NCBI GenBank assembly: GCA_963575745.1
Contig: CAUYUJ010000001.1
Location: 3,038,001 to 3,102,000, forward strand
DNA from: Prorocentrum cordatum
Taxonomy: Eukaryota
Length of the DNA: 64,000 bases
Direction: 5' to 3'
The position numbers were made by a program, and so were the translations under genes. The notes under the pieces were generated by a model. The model did no database searches and was not told where the DNA came from. It saw only the letters and a program-made list of their open reading frames with translations. Shown here piece by piece: positions 41,101 through 51,394 of the stretch (positions are counted from its first letter, which is position 1; each line of letters starts with the position of its first letter).

Positions 41101-42996
41101 CGACAAGGCGGAAGACGCGCGTGGGAGGTGCGTCCATGGAGAAAGAGGACAGGCGGACAAATGCAGTTGCAGAGTGCGAGAGAGAAAAGTCGGGAGGCCA
41201 TGGCAAGGGGCGACGCCGTGTGGGGCGAGAGCGCAAGTCGCAAGAACGGAAAGCGCAATATGCGCGGATGGGGCGGCGCGTTGCGGTGGGGCGACGCGGC
41301 AGTTAAGAGAGCGCAAGCGGTGGCCGCGGCGTCGGGGGCCGCAGGGGGCAGCGGCGCAGGTGGAACGGAGGGTGCTCCAGAGGTGGTGGCGGCGACAAAA
41401 GCAACGGTCTCGAGTGTGCGGAAGTGGAGAAACGGGCTCCTGGAGAGCGGGTTGAACGCGGGGCAGCGTAGCGTCGTCGAGAAGGTGGCAGATCGAGTGT
41501 TGGCGCAAGAGTTCGCTGGTTCCACGAGGTGCAAGACATCGGGCCAGAGTCGTTCTGACATGGGGCCCGTCGTGTGGGTGTTACGTGGCGGCCCAGGGGC
41601 AGGGGGGAGTTTCGTGATGGACAAGATCCGGAAGGAGCTATTCGAGAAAGAGCTTGGGTGGACGCGCGGCATCGATTTCCAGGTCGCAGCGTTGCAGGCT
41701 ACAAACGCCGCAGCGCTCGACGGGGACACAATCCACAGTGCTTTGGGGCTTGGTGCGAACAAAACGAAAGAGTCGAATGCGGCGAGCGATGTGAGCGCAG
41801 GCGCGAAAAAGATAAGGAAGAGAAAACCGCGCAGCGTATGTCATTGTGGAAATGGCTGATAGTGGACGAGGTGAGCACGGTCAGCGCGAACTTCATTGCA
41901 GAGCTGGGCTCGCGCTTGCGGTCGTGCATGTCAGCTGCAAGTGGCGCGAAGATAAGTGGGGGCGGCGTGGCCAGGCCCTTCGGGGGCGTGGATGTGTTGT
42001 TCTACGGTTGGAACCCCCGTCGGGGACAGCCGTAAATGCGCTTCCCACGTCGTGTCTGAAAAACGAAAGGAAGTGCGCGCCGGGTGCCTCGGAGGATCAC
42101 AGGCAGTATATATGTTGGGGCGTTGGGGGCGAAGGGGGAGTGCAGGGAATGACAGAGTTGGCGGAGTGCAAGCGCGCGGGGGGCCAAGGCGACTGGTTTC
42201 TCGCAGTGCAGGGGCAGTTCCGCCGAGGAGCGTTGTCTGAACGCGCGCGCATTTTTTTTGCATGGCAGGCCGACGGGTGCGCCGGGGCCGTGGGTGAACG
42301 GTGCGCCGTTGTGCGGGAACGGCCATTGCGTAACAGGCGCAGAGGCGCTTGCGAAGCAGAACGAGCTGGAGTGTGAGAAACGCAAAGTTGAACGTGAGAA
42401 GAGAAAGCTCGTCGCGACGTCGCCAGAAGACGCTCGATATCGGAAGGGAGAATTTATTGAATCCGTCGCCATTTATGCGAATCAGAACATTCGGTGCCAC
42501 GTCGGAAAGCAGAGAGCTATGCAGTGGGCCAAGGGGCGAGGGGAACAGCTGCTGCGGTTTGCAGCCACGGGCCGCGCTCGCCACGGGGGGGAACAGAGGC
42601 GGCCTTGCAGCGTTGGCTGGGGTACCACGAGAAGGAGTGCGCAAGCTTGCCCGGGTGGCTGCCGCTGGCCAATGGACTGCCCGTGGCTTTGGGAGATCAC
42701 TTGGATCGGTCGAAGAAACAGCTTCTGAGGGGGCGCGCAGCGACGATCCGTGGATGGGTGTTGCACGAGAACGAGGTCGTCTTGGGAGATGAAGAAGAGG
42801 AATAATTGTTGCGTCTACCGAAGGTGATTGTGTTGGACTTCCACGCGAAAGAGTGGCACCTGCCAGGTTGGGGGCCAGGCCTGTATCCGATCTTCCCATC
42901 GAAAGGGCGAAATTGGTTCTTGGACGGGGATCGGAAGCAGTCTGCGTTGAGTGTGAAGCGCGCCCAGTTTATGATAACCCCGGCTTTGGCGGTAAC
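35162..42996 (+). mobile_element. Decayed Helitron/Helentron RepHel (HUH Rep + PIF1-type SF1 helicase) pseudogene
   Basis: Motifs in the expected order across frameshifts and stops. Rep: GVPLFFTMSPD (~38640-38670), IEAQKSAGGLRLHVQVF (~39113-39163), GYAADYQCK (~39982-40008). Helicase: LRGGPGAGGS (~41581-41610), WLIVDEVS (~41853-41878), PFGGVDVLF, TPALAVT (~42976-42996), truncated by a dispersed repeat. The 5' limit is approximate. Confidence 0.88.
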
Positions 42997-43606
42997 GGAA
43001 GACGCTCCAAGAGGGGCCCGCGACGCCCACAGGGCGCTCCAAGACGCACAGGCCGCTCCGAGACGCACAAGATGGCCCCCAAGACACCCCGAGAGGCCTC
43101 CCAGACGCCCCGAGAAGCTCCCACCCAGGAGGGCGCCAAGAGGCAAAATTCGCTCCATTCCCTGAGGGAAGCGTTTGCTTTTCGCATATGTACCTCTTTG
43201 GTTTTCACAGCATCCAAGACGGCCCAAGAGGCCTCCAAGACTGCCCCGCAGGCCCACGGGCTCCCAAGGGGCTCCAAGACGACCCGAGAGGGTCCCAAGA
43301 CGGCCCGAGAGGCCCCCGAGACCGCCCAAGAGAGCCCGAGGACATGCTCCAGAGGGGTCCCATAGGTGGACAACCATATTCACATTCCGAGCTTTCGGCC
43401 CCGGAGGCTCCCAGGAGGCCCCAAGAGTTCCCCAGGAGGCCCCAAGAGGCTCCCAAGATGCCCCAATATGCCCCCAAGAGACCCCCAGGAGGCTCTCAAG
43501 AGGCTTCCAGGAGGCCCCCCCGGAGGATCCCAAGAGGTTCCCAAACTGCCTCGAAGACGCCGTTGAGAGTCCGATATATGAAAGAGCGTGTTCTACCGCT
43601 GCTGGC

Positions 43607-44290
43607 GGAAAACCGGGGGGGTCACTACCGGTTCCGACCCCCCCCCCTCTGGAAAACCGGAGGGGGTGTCGCTACCCGTTCGAACTCCTCCCCCCCCCCT
43701 CCCAGTTCATCATGAAAAGGGGGGGGGGGGGGTCGCTGCCGGTTCGAACCCCCCCCCCTCGAGCTCGAAAACCGGGGGGGGTCACTGCCGGTTCGACCCC
43801 CCCCCCCCCCCTCGAAAACCGAGGGGGGGTGCGGGCAGTGGTGGGGGCGGTGGTGGTGGGGACAGTGGTGAGGGGACAGCGGGACAGTGGTGGGGACAGT
43901 GGGACAGTGGTGGGGACGGTAGTGGTGGGGACAATGGTGAGGACAATGGTGGGAACAGTGGGGACAGTGGGACAGTGGTGGGGACGGTGGTGGTGGGGAC
44001 AGTGGTGTGGGGACAGTGGGAATGTGGTGGAAACAGTAGGACAGTGGAGGGTACAGTGGTGGTGGGGACAGTGGTGAAGGCGGTGGCGAGGACGGCGGTG
44101 GGACAATGGGACAGAGGTACAGTGGGGACAGTGGTAGGGACAGTGGGGACAGTGGTGGGAACAGTGGGACAGCTCAGTGGTTCGAACCGGTAGTGACCCC
44201 CCCCTCCGGTTTTCGAGGGGGGGGGGGGGTTCGAACCGGTAGTGGCCCCCCCGGTCTTCGAGTTCGAGGGGGGGTGGGGGGGTGGGGGGG
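43607..44290. mobile_element. Foldback/MITE-like element with modular inverted arms and a GGGACAGTGGT minisatellite core
   Basis: GAAAACCGG(G)nTCACT(A/G)CCGGTTCG units at 43607-43830 are inverted at 44179-44270; core at 43835-44175. Confidence 0.75.
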
Positions 44291-45273
44291 GGGGGGGGGG
44301 GTACCGGGGGAAGGGAAAGGGGGGGGGGGTCCAGCAGAGGGGGGGGGGATTTTCGGAGGAAGGGGGGGGGCGTTAGCAAACTCATCCGTTACTATGTTGT
44401 TGGCTTGCAGCTTGGCAATGTATCCTGCCCGAAGGCCAACGATGTGATCAATTACTATTTTGTTGCGGCGCTCTGTGTGCCAATTGAGCTACAGACGACA
44501 CATGTAGAACATATGGAATGTAAGGACGAAGGGCCCTTGGAAGTCGCAGCCCCAGGGGGGTGTCCTGAGAGGCCGATCAACGAAAAAGGCGAAGGAGAAG
44601 CTCCAAAGACAAGGGCGCAAGGGTACCATCGAGAGAACTAATCGTCCTTAGTAAGACACTCGATTGCAATAGCGTGTGTCAGGCCGTCGCTATCAGGCGT
44701 CGCTTCCCCTTGGAGATTTCCCATGTGAGCCGCCTGTGATTGATTAAAAACCCACGTACCTTTGATGTTCACTTGACGTCGACACCGTGTTGACACACGA
44801 GCAAGTGCCGTCAACGGCGCCAAAACATACCAGACATGGTAAACAACACCTATGGCGGTTTAGTGGATCAGGCGGCTCAAACGGAAACAACTCAAAGAAA
44901 AGTTTGGCAAACGAGCCCAGGCCAATTGCAAGCGGCAGGTTAGGATTTCGGGGGCGGGACGAAAGGTTTTCCCAATAGAGTCTGCGAGCGGAACGAACCA
45001 GTCCAAACGAGTCCTGCCCTGGCGCGCGTCGAACGCACCGTGCACACAACAAAAAAGCGATCATGCAGCTGACCCTGCTGCCGCGCGCTGGAAGCGGCCG
45101 CAGAGTCTGCAGCGGCCGCACGAAGCATCCCGAGCAAGGCCTGCCCACGAGCGCATCGCGCAAACTCTGCAGGCGCAAGCGACGAAGATGACCCCACAAC
45201 GGCGGTTGTCTCGTGGCCGCGACCATGACAGCCAGGCAACGGGCTCCCCATCGCGCCTGGGCCGACAATCAGA

Positions 45274-48200
45274 TCACGCACCGCCGTGAGCCGCCTCGGA
45301 GACGACCGCGTCGCCCTCATTCCAGCGGCCTGCCATCGACGGCTCCTGCGTATCAGGCGGCCCACCGCCTGGCTCGCAGCCGAATTGCTCCTCCTGTGCG
45401 ATTAACTGCCCGCTGCCCTCGGGCGCGCCGCTGGCTGCCGCGGCGCCGAGCATCCCGCCGCCTTGTCCGTGTCCGCGCTGCTCCTCCTGGGCGCAGGGCG
45501 GCCCGCCGCCCTGGTGCGCGCCGCTGGCCGCCGCGGACGCGTCGATATCCAACAGCTTCTCCATATCCTGGGTCAGGTGGCACACCTTCGCCTTCTTCTG
45601 GGCCGTCTCAGCCTCGTCCTCATCGCTCGAGCGGCTGCGTTTCGACGCAGCCGCGAACGCCTTGATCGTCTCGCCACCCGCTGCCTTCAAGGCGATGCGG
45701 ACACCGTGCGTCTCCCAGACGTGGCCGGCCACCGAGTCGAACAGTCCCGCGATGTCGGGCATTGAAGGCATGGCCACGTACATGCCGTCGAACACCAAGC
45801 TCAAGACGCACGCTTGCAGCCCCTTGGCAGCAGCAGCCATGCTCTCGAGAATCTCGTCTTCCTTCGTCTGAAGGTACAGCGCCAGCGCCGAGGACCCTGG
45901 ATGCGCCTTCTGCAACACCTTCTCCATGGATGCAGCCTTGCGGTTCCTGGAAGTCCTCGCGTCGCTAGCGGCCCGTGCCGCCGCGGCGGGGCTCGCCGCG
46001 GGGAAGCAGCGAAACCTGAAGCCACGCGCGGTCGGGCAAGCCAGCGGCAACGTCGAATTCCAAGACCTCGCCTTCTTGTAATTGTCACACTCGGCCGCGA
46101 GGGTCTCCTGGCCACGCCTGAAAGCGCTCCTCAACTCCATCAGGCACGGCAGCATGTCGTCGGAGCGATCGCCTTCCCAGGATGCATCAGGCTGAATGCT
46201 GCCCTTGAACGGCAGCCGCGAGAAGATCGCCTTGGCCTGGGGCACGTCGATGTTATAGTACTGGGCAACGTCGGAGCGCCACTCTTTGGATTTGTCCGCG
46301 TACATCTTGACGATCCCAAAGTCACGCTCAATGGCGCCATCCGGAACGTGTGGCCGCAGCGCCTGCAGGAGTATCTGGTAGAACGCCGCAATCATGTCGA
46401 ATTCGCCCACGGCGAGGCCCTCGAACGCGACGACTCGCGTCTCTCGGGTGCAAGACTGAAGCCCTGGGCCTGACTCGTGCGCGCGGCCGATCTCGTCGAG
46501 CTGGTAATACTCGCGCCGAAGGACGCGGATGTCTGGGCACCCTGGCTCGGAGGTCGGGCGGAGAAAGCCGTCCTTCATGGTGCAGGCCTGGCCCGCCTCG
46601 TTCAGGAGATCCACGTGCGCGGACAACCCCTCCTGGCGACGCTCGCCCGTGACGGCAGCCCCAGCGTCGCGCCGGGCCCGCAGCGCGGTCAAGTTGGCTG
46701 CCTCGCAGACGGTGTAGCGGCACATTCGGGTCGGCACTTCAGCTTCGGCGGGCTTGGCGAGCGCGTCCTCGGCGGGGGCGAAAGCGTCGAGGGACAGGTT
46801 GTACGTGTACTCCGCGAGGTCGCCGAACGTGGCGGTGTCCGAGAAAAACTGGTTGTACAGCGACGTGTCGAAGGGGAGTGCGGTCACGCACGCCTGCATT
46901 CTCTGCTTGCGTGACTTCGCGGCCCCGATCTGGGCGAGATTGGCCCCGAGGCGACCTTGCGCGCGGACGTGGCCCAGGAGGACAGCCCACCGCTTCGTCT
47001 TGGGGGCGGCTAGTGGCAGATCGCACCTGGTCTGATCCACCTGGCACTGCAGGAGGGCGCGGGTCCTTGACGCGTAGAGGCGAGCGTGGATGTCCTGGAC
47101 GAGCGCGAATGACTCCCCGTTCACCTCGCCCTCGTGAGCGCCGTCGCCGTCCACCCTGCTCCACTCGGTCATCCACGCCTCGAGCCAGTGCGCCGTCGTC
47201 TTCGTCCCTGTCGCCGCCAGCTCGTGCAGTGAGAGGCCTCCGCCCGAAGACGCAGATGACCTGATGGTGAGGAGGTTGAGCAAGTGGCCAATCGCGAACT
47301 CGGGCCTGCCGATCTCTGCCTCGAGCCCGTGGTCCTTAAGGAAAGAACGCGGCGACGTGGGGGCGTCGAAGGAGTCGCGAAACTTATTCGGCATATACAT
47401 CGGCAGCAGGCGGTCGCGCTCCGAGCCCTTGGGGACCTGCTCCCACGATGGGATATCGTTGCACGCGAAAATGTAAGTGCACATGGGCTTCATCTTCTCG
47501 GTTTCGCCTGAGTTGCAAGCGCGGGCGGTGATGGGATCGGTAGAGTTCCTGCTCTTGAAGACAGCGTTGCTCCAAGCCGCGGAATGCACCTCGTTGCCGA
47601 AGGCTACGCGAAATCCTCGACGAAAGGCGTCCGCCGCCTTGTGCTCGTGCTCGGAGCGCTTGTCCGCAGTGAAGACTGTGGCTCGGACAGGAACGTAATA
47701 CTCCCCCCAGGCAGCCTGGAATATCTTTTCGCAGATGCCCTTGCCATTGCGGCCCCGCCTAGACCACAGCAGCGCGCACTTGCAGAGCGGCGTGCCTTCG
47801 AGAAGGCGCGCCTGCAGATGCATCATGTGCTGGAAGTTCTCCGCGTCTGCGTCCCCGAGCTCCTCCGCGCAATCGTCGGGGTGATGGTCGCCCTCGCGCT
47901 TATATAGCGACCGCAAGATCGACCATGACCTCTGGCGGTCGCTGGCCGACTCGGATTCCACGAGGTCGGAATTCTGCAGCCACCTGTTGCCGAACGCGAC
48001 TACCCTGCACCAGTGCCTTGAAACACGCGTTCGCCTTCTCTGTTTCACACAATTATTCCCCGTTTGAACCGCCCGAACCTGTCGAAAACCCATTGTCTTT
48101 TATACATTTCCTAAACGCACCGTCGCGACGACAACGTCTACGGGCGCGCCAGCAAGGGCGCAACTTCATGAAACAATGCAAAAACCCATGGTTTTTCAAC

Positions 48201-48948
48201 GATACGGGCGGTTCAAACGGGAAAAACGCTGCGTTTACCCACACCCATCCGCGCATCGTCCCCCCTCTTCCTTTACGTTCACGGCCGCCCGCCTTTGAGG
48301 CACGCGAATCGGGCTGCGCAGGGAAGTCATGTCTGTCGGGCGGCCTGGACGGATGGTGTTCGAGCGGAGGTCCACCACGCAATTGCTGAGCTGAAAGAGG
48401 TACGGGTCCAAGTCGAACGCGGCCTCCCCGTCGAACAGCATGGCAGATTCTCTGATGTTCTTCTCCACGCCTTGCTGGCACTCCAGCGCCGCCGCCGCCT
48501 TGTCCAGAAACTGCTGCTTGGGGTGGGGGTTGCCATCCTCGCCATCCCCAAAGCATTTCTCTGCGCGACAGCGCCTGGCAACCTCCTGGACCACGGGAAG
48601 GAACCTCGCCTGGAAGATCGCCTTGACCCTCGTCAGCGATCGCTTGACAACGCGCCGCGTCTGGTCCCACACCCACCAGTCGTCATCGCGGCTGCAGTAC
48701 ATGATCGGGCATTGGTCCCTTTGGAAGAACAAGTAGGCGAGCTGCGCCTGCAACAGCTGCGACAAATTGTGGTAGTCTGGCAACTCCTTGTAATATACAT
48801 ACAGGAGGCTGGTCTTTGGGGCGTTTGCGTGCTGGGCAAGGAACTCGTCGAGGCGGCCAGTCAGGGACGCATTCGTCGTTCGGGCTGCGGCAGCCACGAT
48901 GCGACTCCACTCGGCCCGCGGCGGCTCCGGCGGCAACATCTGCGACAT
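45274..48948 (-). CDS. D5-like SF3 helicase with C-terminal TV-Pol-like (family A-related) polymerase; exons 48948-48293, 47983-46072, 45936-45274
   Basis: D5_N: DLDPYLFQLSNCVVDLRSNTIRPGRPTD. Helicase: Walker A RRGRNGKG, Walker B VAFGNE, motif C IFACND, RDRLL. Polymerase: IGRAH...LQSCTRETR..GEFDMIAAF (A), AKAIFSRLPFKG (B), LQTKE..LSLVFDG (C). Two predicted GC-AG introns; the first is required to keep the frame. Confidence 0.85.
47984..48292 (-). other. GC-AG intron containing a MITE-like inverted repeat
   Basis: CCCGTTTGAACCGCCCG (48059-48075) is inverted at 48205-48221; a sibling lies at 51173-51335. Confidence 0.7.
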
Positions 48949-48974
48949 GGCGGTGGCCTGGCAATGTATTTGGA

Positions 48975-49683
48975 TATTCGGGTATTCGGGTATTCGGGTA
49001 TTCGGATATTCGGGAATTCGGGTATTCGGGTATTCGGGTATTCGGGGATTCGAGTATTCGGGTATTCGGGTATTCGGGTATTCCGGGTTTCGGTATTCGG
49101 GTATTCGGGTATTCGGGTATTCGGGTATTCGGGTATTCGGGTATTCGGGTATTCGGGTATTCGGGATTCGGGTATTCGGGTATTCGGGTATTCGGGTATT
49201 CGGGTATTCGGGTATTCGGGTATTCGGGTATTCGGGTATTCGGGTATTTGCGCGTCCACTCCACCTCCTCCAATGTCCGACTGCCCGAATACCCGAATAC
49301 CCCCGAATACCCGAATACCCGAATACCTGAATACCCGAATACCCGAATACCCGAATACCCGATTACCCGAATACCCGAATACCCGAATACCCGAATGATA
49401 CCCGAATACCCGAATACCCGAGTATCCGAACACCCGAATACCCGAATACCCGAATACCCGATACCTGAATACCCGAATTCTCGAATACCCGAATACCCGA
49501 ATACCCGAATACCCGAACACCCGAATACCCGAATACCCGAATACCCGAATACCCGAATACCCGAATACCCGAATACCCGAATATCCGAATACCTGAATTC
49601 CCGAATACACGAATACACGATACCTGAATACCCGAATACCCGAATACCCGAATACCCGAATACCCGAATACCCGAATACCCGA
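48975..49683. repeat. Inverted 8-mer satellite pair (TATTCGGG)n / (CCCGAATA)n
   Basis: Orientation flips across a ~35-nt spacer at 49249-49282. Confidence 0.95.
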
Positions 49684-49789
49684 GGAAGGGGGATGGCAGG
49701 GAAGCGTCCGAACCTCCAAGCTCAGGCGTTGGCGATTGTCACGCCCGGGCCGTGGCGGGGCAGTGGTCCGCGCCCGCGAGGTAGGTTCT

Positions 49790-49811
49790 CTCGAGCCTTA
49801 AACCGCTGTGG
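49790..49811 (-). promoter_or_regulatory. Highly degenerate DinoSL relic upstream of the helicase-polymerase gene
   Basis: CCACAGCGGTTTAAGGCTCGAG. Confidence 0.4.
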
Positions 49812-49966
49812 CACGGCTCGGGCAGACAGCGGCGCTGCCGTCGCCCCGTTCCTTGTCTCGCCCTGCACGGCGGGGGGGGGGAGAGGGGGGGCGAGAAAAT
49901 TCAATGTTTCGCGATCGATTAATAGATAGCCGAATGGCAGTCTCGAGTCTCGACCCCGGCGTGCTT

Positions 49967-51044
49967 TCACTGGAGCACGCGCGGGCGCTTGTAGCCGAAG
50001 ACTGTGGACATCTTCACGTTCTGGCGGCTGGGCGCGTCGTTGATCCCCTCCCACGTGATCCCCTGGCACTGAGACAACGAGAGCTCCTCGCGCATGTGGC
50101 GCTTCACCTGCAGGAGACCGCAACGAACGGTGCCCCCTACCCCTCCCGCCCTGCCCCTTCCGACGACCGACCCCATTGGGCCCGCGTCGCCATCTGCACC
50201 GTCGACGACAGCTGCGCCGCGAGGCAGTCGACGAGGACAGCTCCGTCGTTCGCGTTGGAGATCATCAGGAAAACCTCATCGAGCTCGGGGATCGCGTCGG
50301 GCAGCTCGACATCCACGGCGATCGGGTCGACGCGCTGCGGGATCACGCGCGGGCGTTTGTAGCCGAAGACGGTTGAAATCTTCACGTGCTGGCGGCTGGG
50401 TGCATCGTTGATCCCCTCCCACGAGATCGCCTGGTACTCTGGCGCCGTCAGCTCCTGGCGCATCTGGCGCTTCACCTGCGGGAGAACGCAAGCGAAACCA
50501 GTGGCAGCCCGCGTGCCCAAATTCCCCAATGCCCGAATGCCAGGGTAACCGCGTGCCCGAATGCCCGAATACCCGAATGCCCGAACTCCCCATTCCCGAG
50601 GCTTGGGGTGCCAGGGAGCGGCCGAACCTCGAGGCTCGAGCGATGGCGATTACTGCCCCCCGTCGCCATCTGCACCGTCGACGACAGCGGCACCGCCAGG
50701 CAGTCGACGAGAACAGCTCTGGTGTTCGCATTAGAGATCTTCAAGAAGGCTTCATCGCGCTCGACGTCTGCGAAGAGCAGCTCGACGTCCACGGCGATCG
50801 CGTCGACGCACCGCGTGAGCACGCGCGGCATTCGGAAGTCCACTGGCAGCCGCGTCACGACGCCTGGGGCTGGCGGCAGCGCAGCGTTAAAGCGCCAGAA
50901 CTTCTTGTGGTAGCGCACCCCCAGGGTGATCCAGATCTCGCTCTCGCCCTCTGCGATGCGCATAGCCTGCTTCTTACCGAGGAGGCGCCACGCCGCTGCA
51001 TCGAAACCGGCATGATCTCCGCGGTCGACAAATGCGAACTCCAT
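49967..51044 (-). CDS. Protein with two tandem ubiquitin-like (beta-grasp-like) repeats; exons 51044-50667, 50475-50191, 50107-49967
   Basis: Duplicated unit VFLxISNAN..AVLVDCLA..LSSTVQM|VKRxMRxEL...IxWEGINDAPSRQxVKxSTVFGYKRPRV. Both GC-AG introns fall at the same codon. The Ubl call rests only on TVQMVKRQ resembling TIxxVKxK. Confidence 0.7.
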
Positions 51045-51101
51045 CGCTGGGGGGGCCGCTGCCTGCGAGGTAGAGGCTGAGGGTGGTGGTCTGTTCGAGC
51101 G

Positions 51102-51120
51102 CTTGAGCCGCGACGCCTGC
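51102..51120 (-). promoter_or_regulatory. Degenerate DinoSL relic
   Basis: GCAGGCGTCGCGGCTCAAG, about 58 nt upstream of ATG 51044. Confidence 0.45.
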
Positions 51121-51394
51121 TCTTGCCGCAGCACGTGCGCGGCAACGAAACTATCGTTTTCACACCACGATTTCCCGTTTGAGCCGTCCGAACCCTTCAA
51201 AAACATTTGCGTTTGGGTACATTTCCAAATCGCACGGTGGTCCGACGACGTCCGCGGAAACCAGAGAAAGACATCCACATTTCAAAAGTGCAAAAAAACC
51301 AATGGTTCTACCTAGTTTGGGCGCCTCAAACGGAGAAAACCCTGCTCTTTTTGACCGCCGAACTACCCCGACGCCAGGCGCTCCGCAACGCGAG

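Noticed and set aside
48683..49784. GYSGIRVF/PEYPNTRI repeat proteins, or a telomere
   Set aside because: An 8-bp satellite. The unit differs from the TTTAGGG telomere repeat and is internal and inverted.
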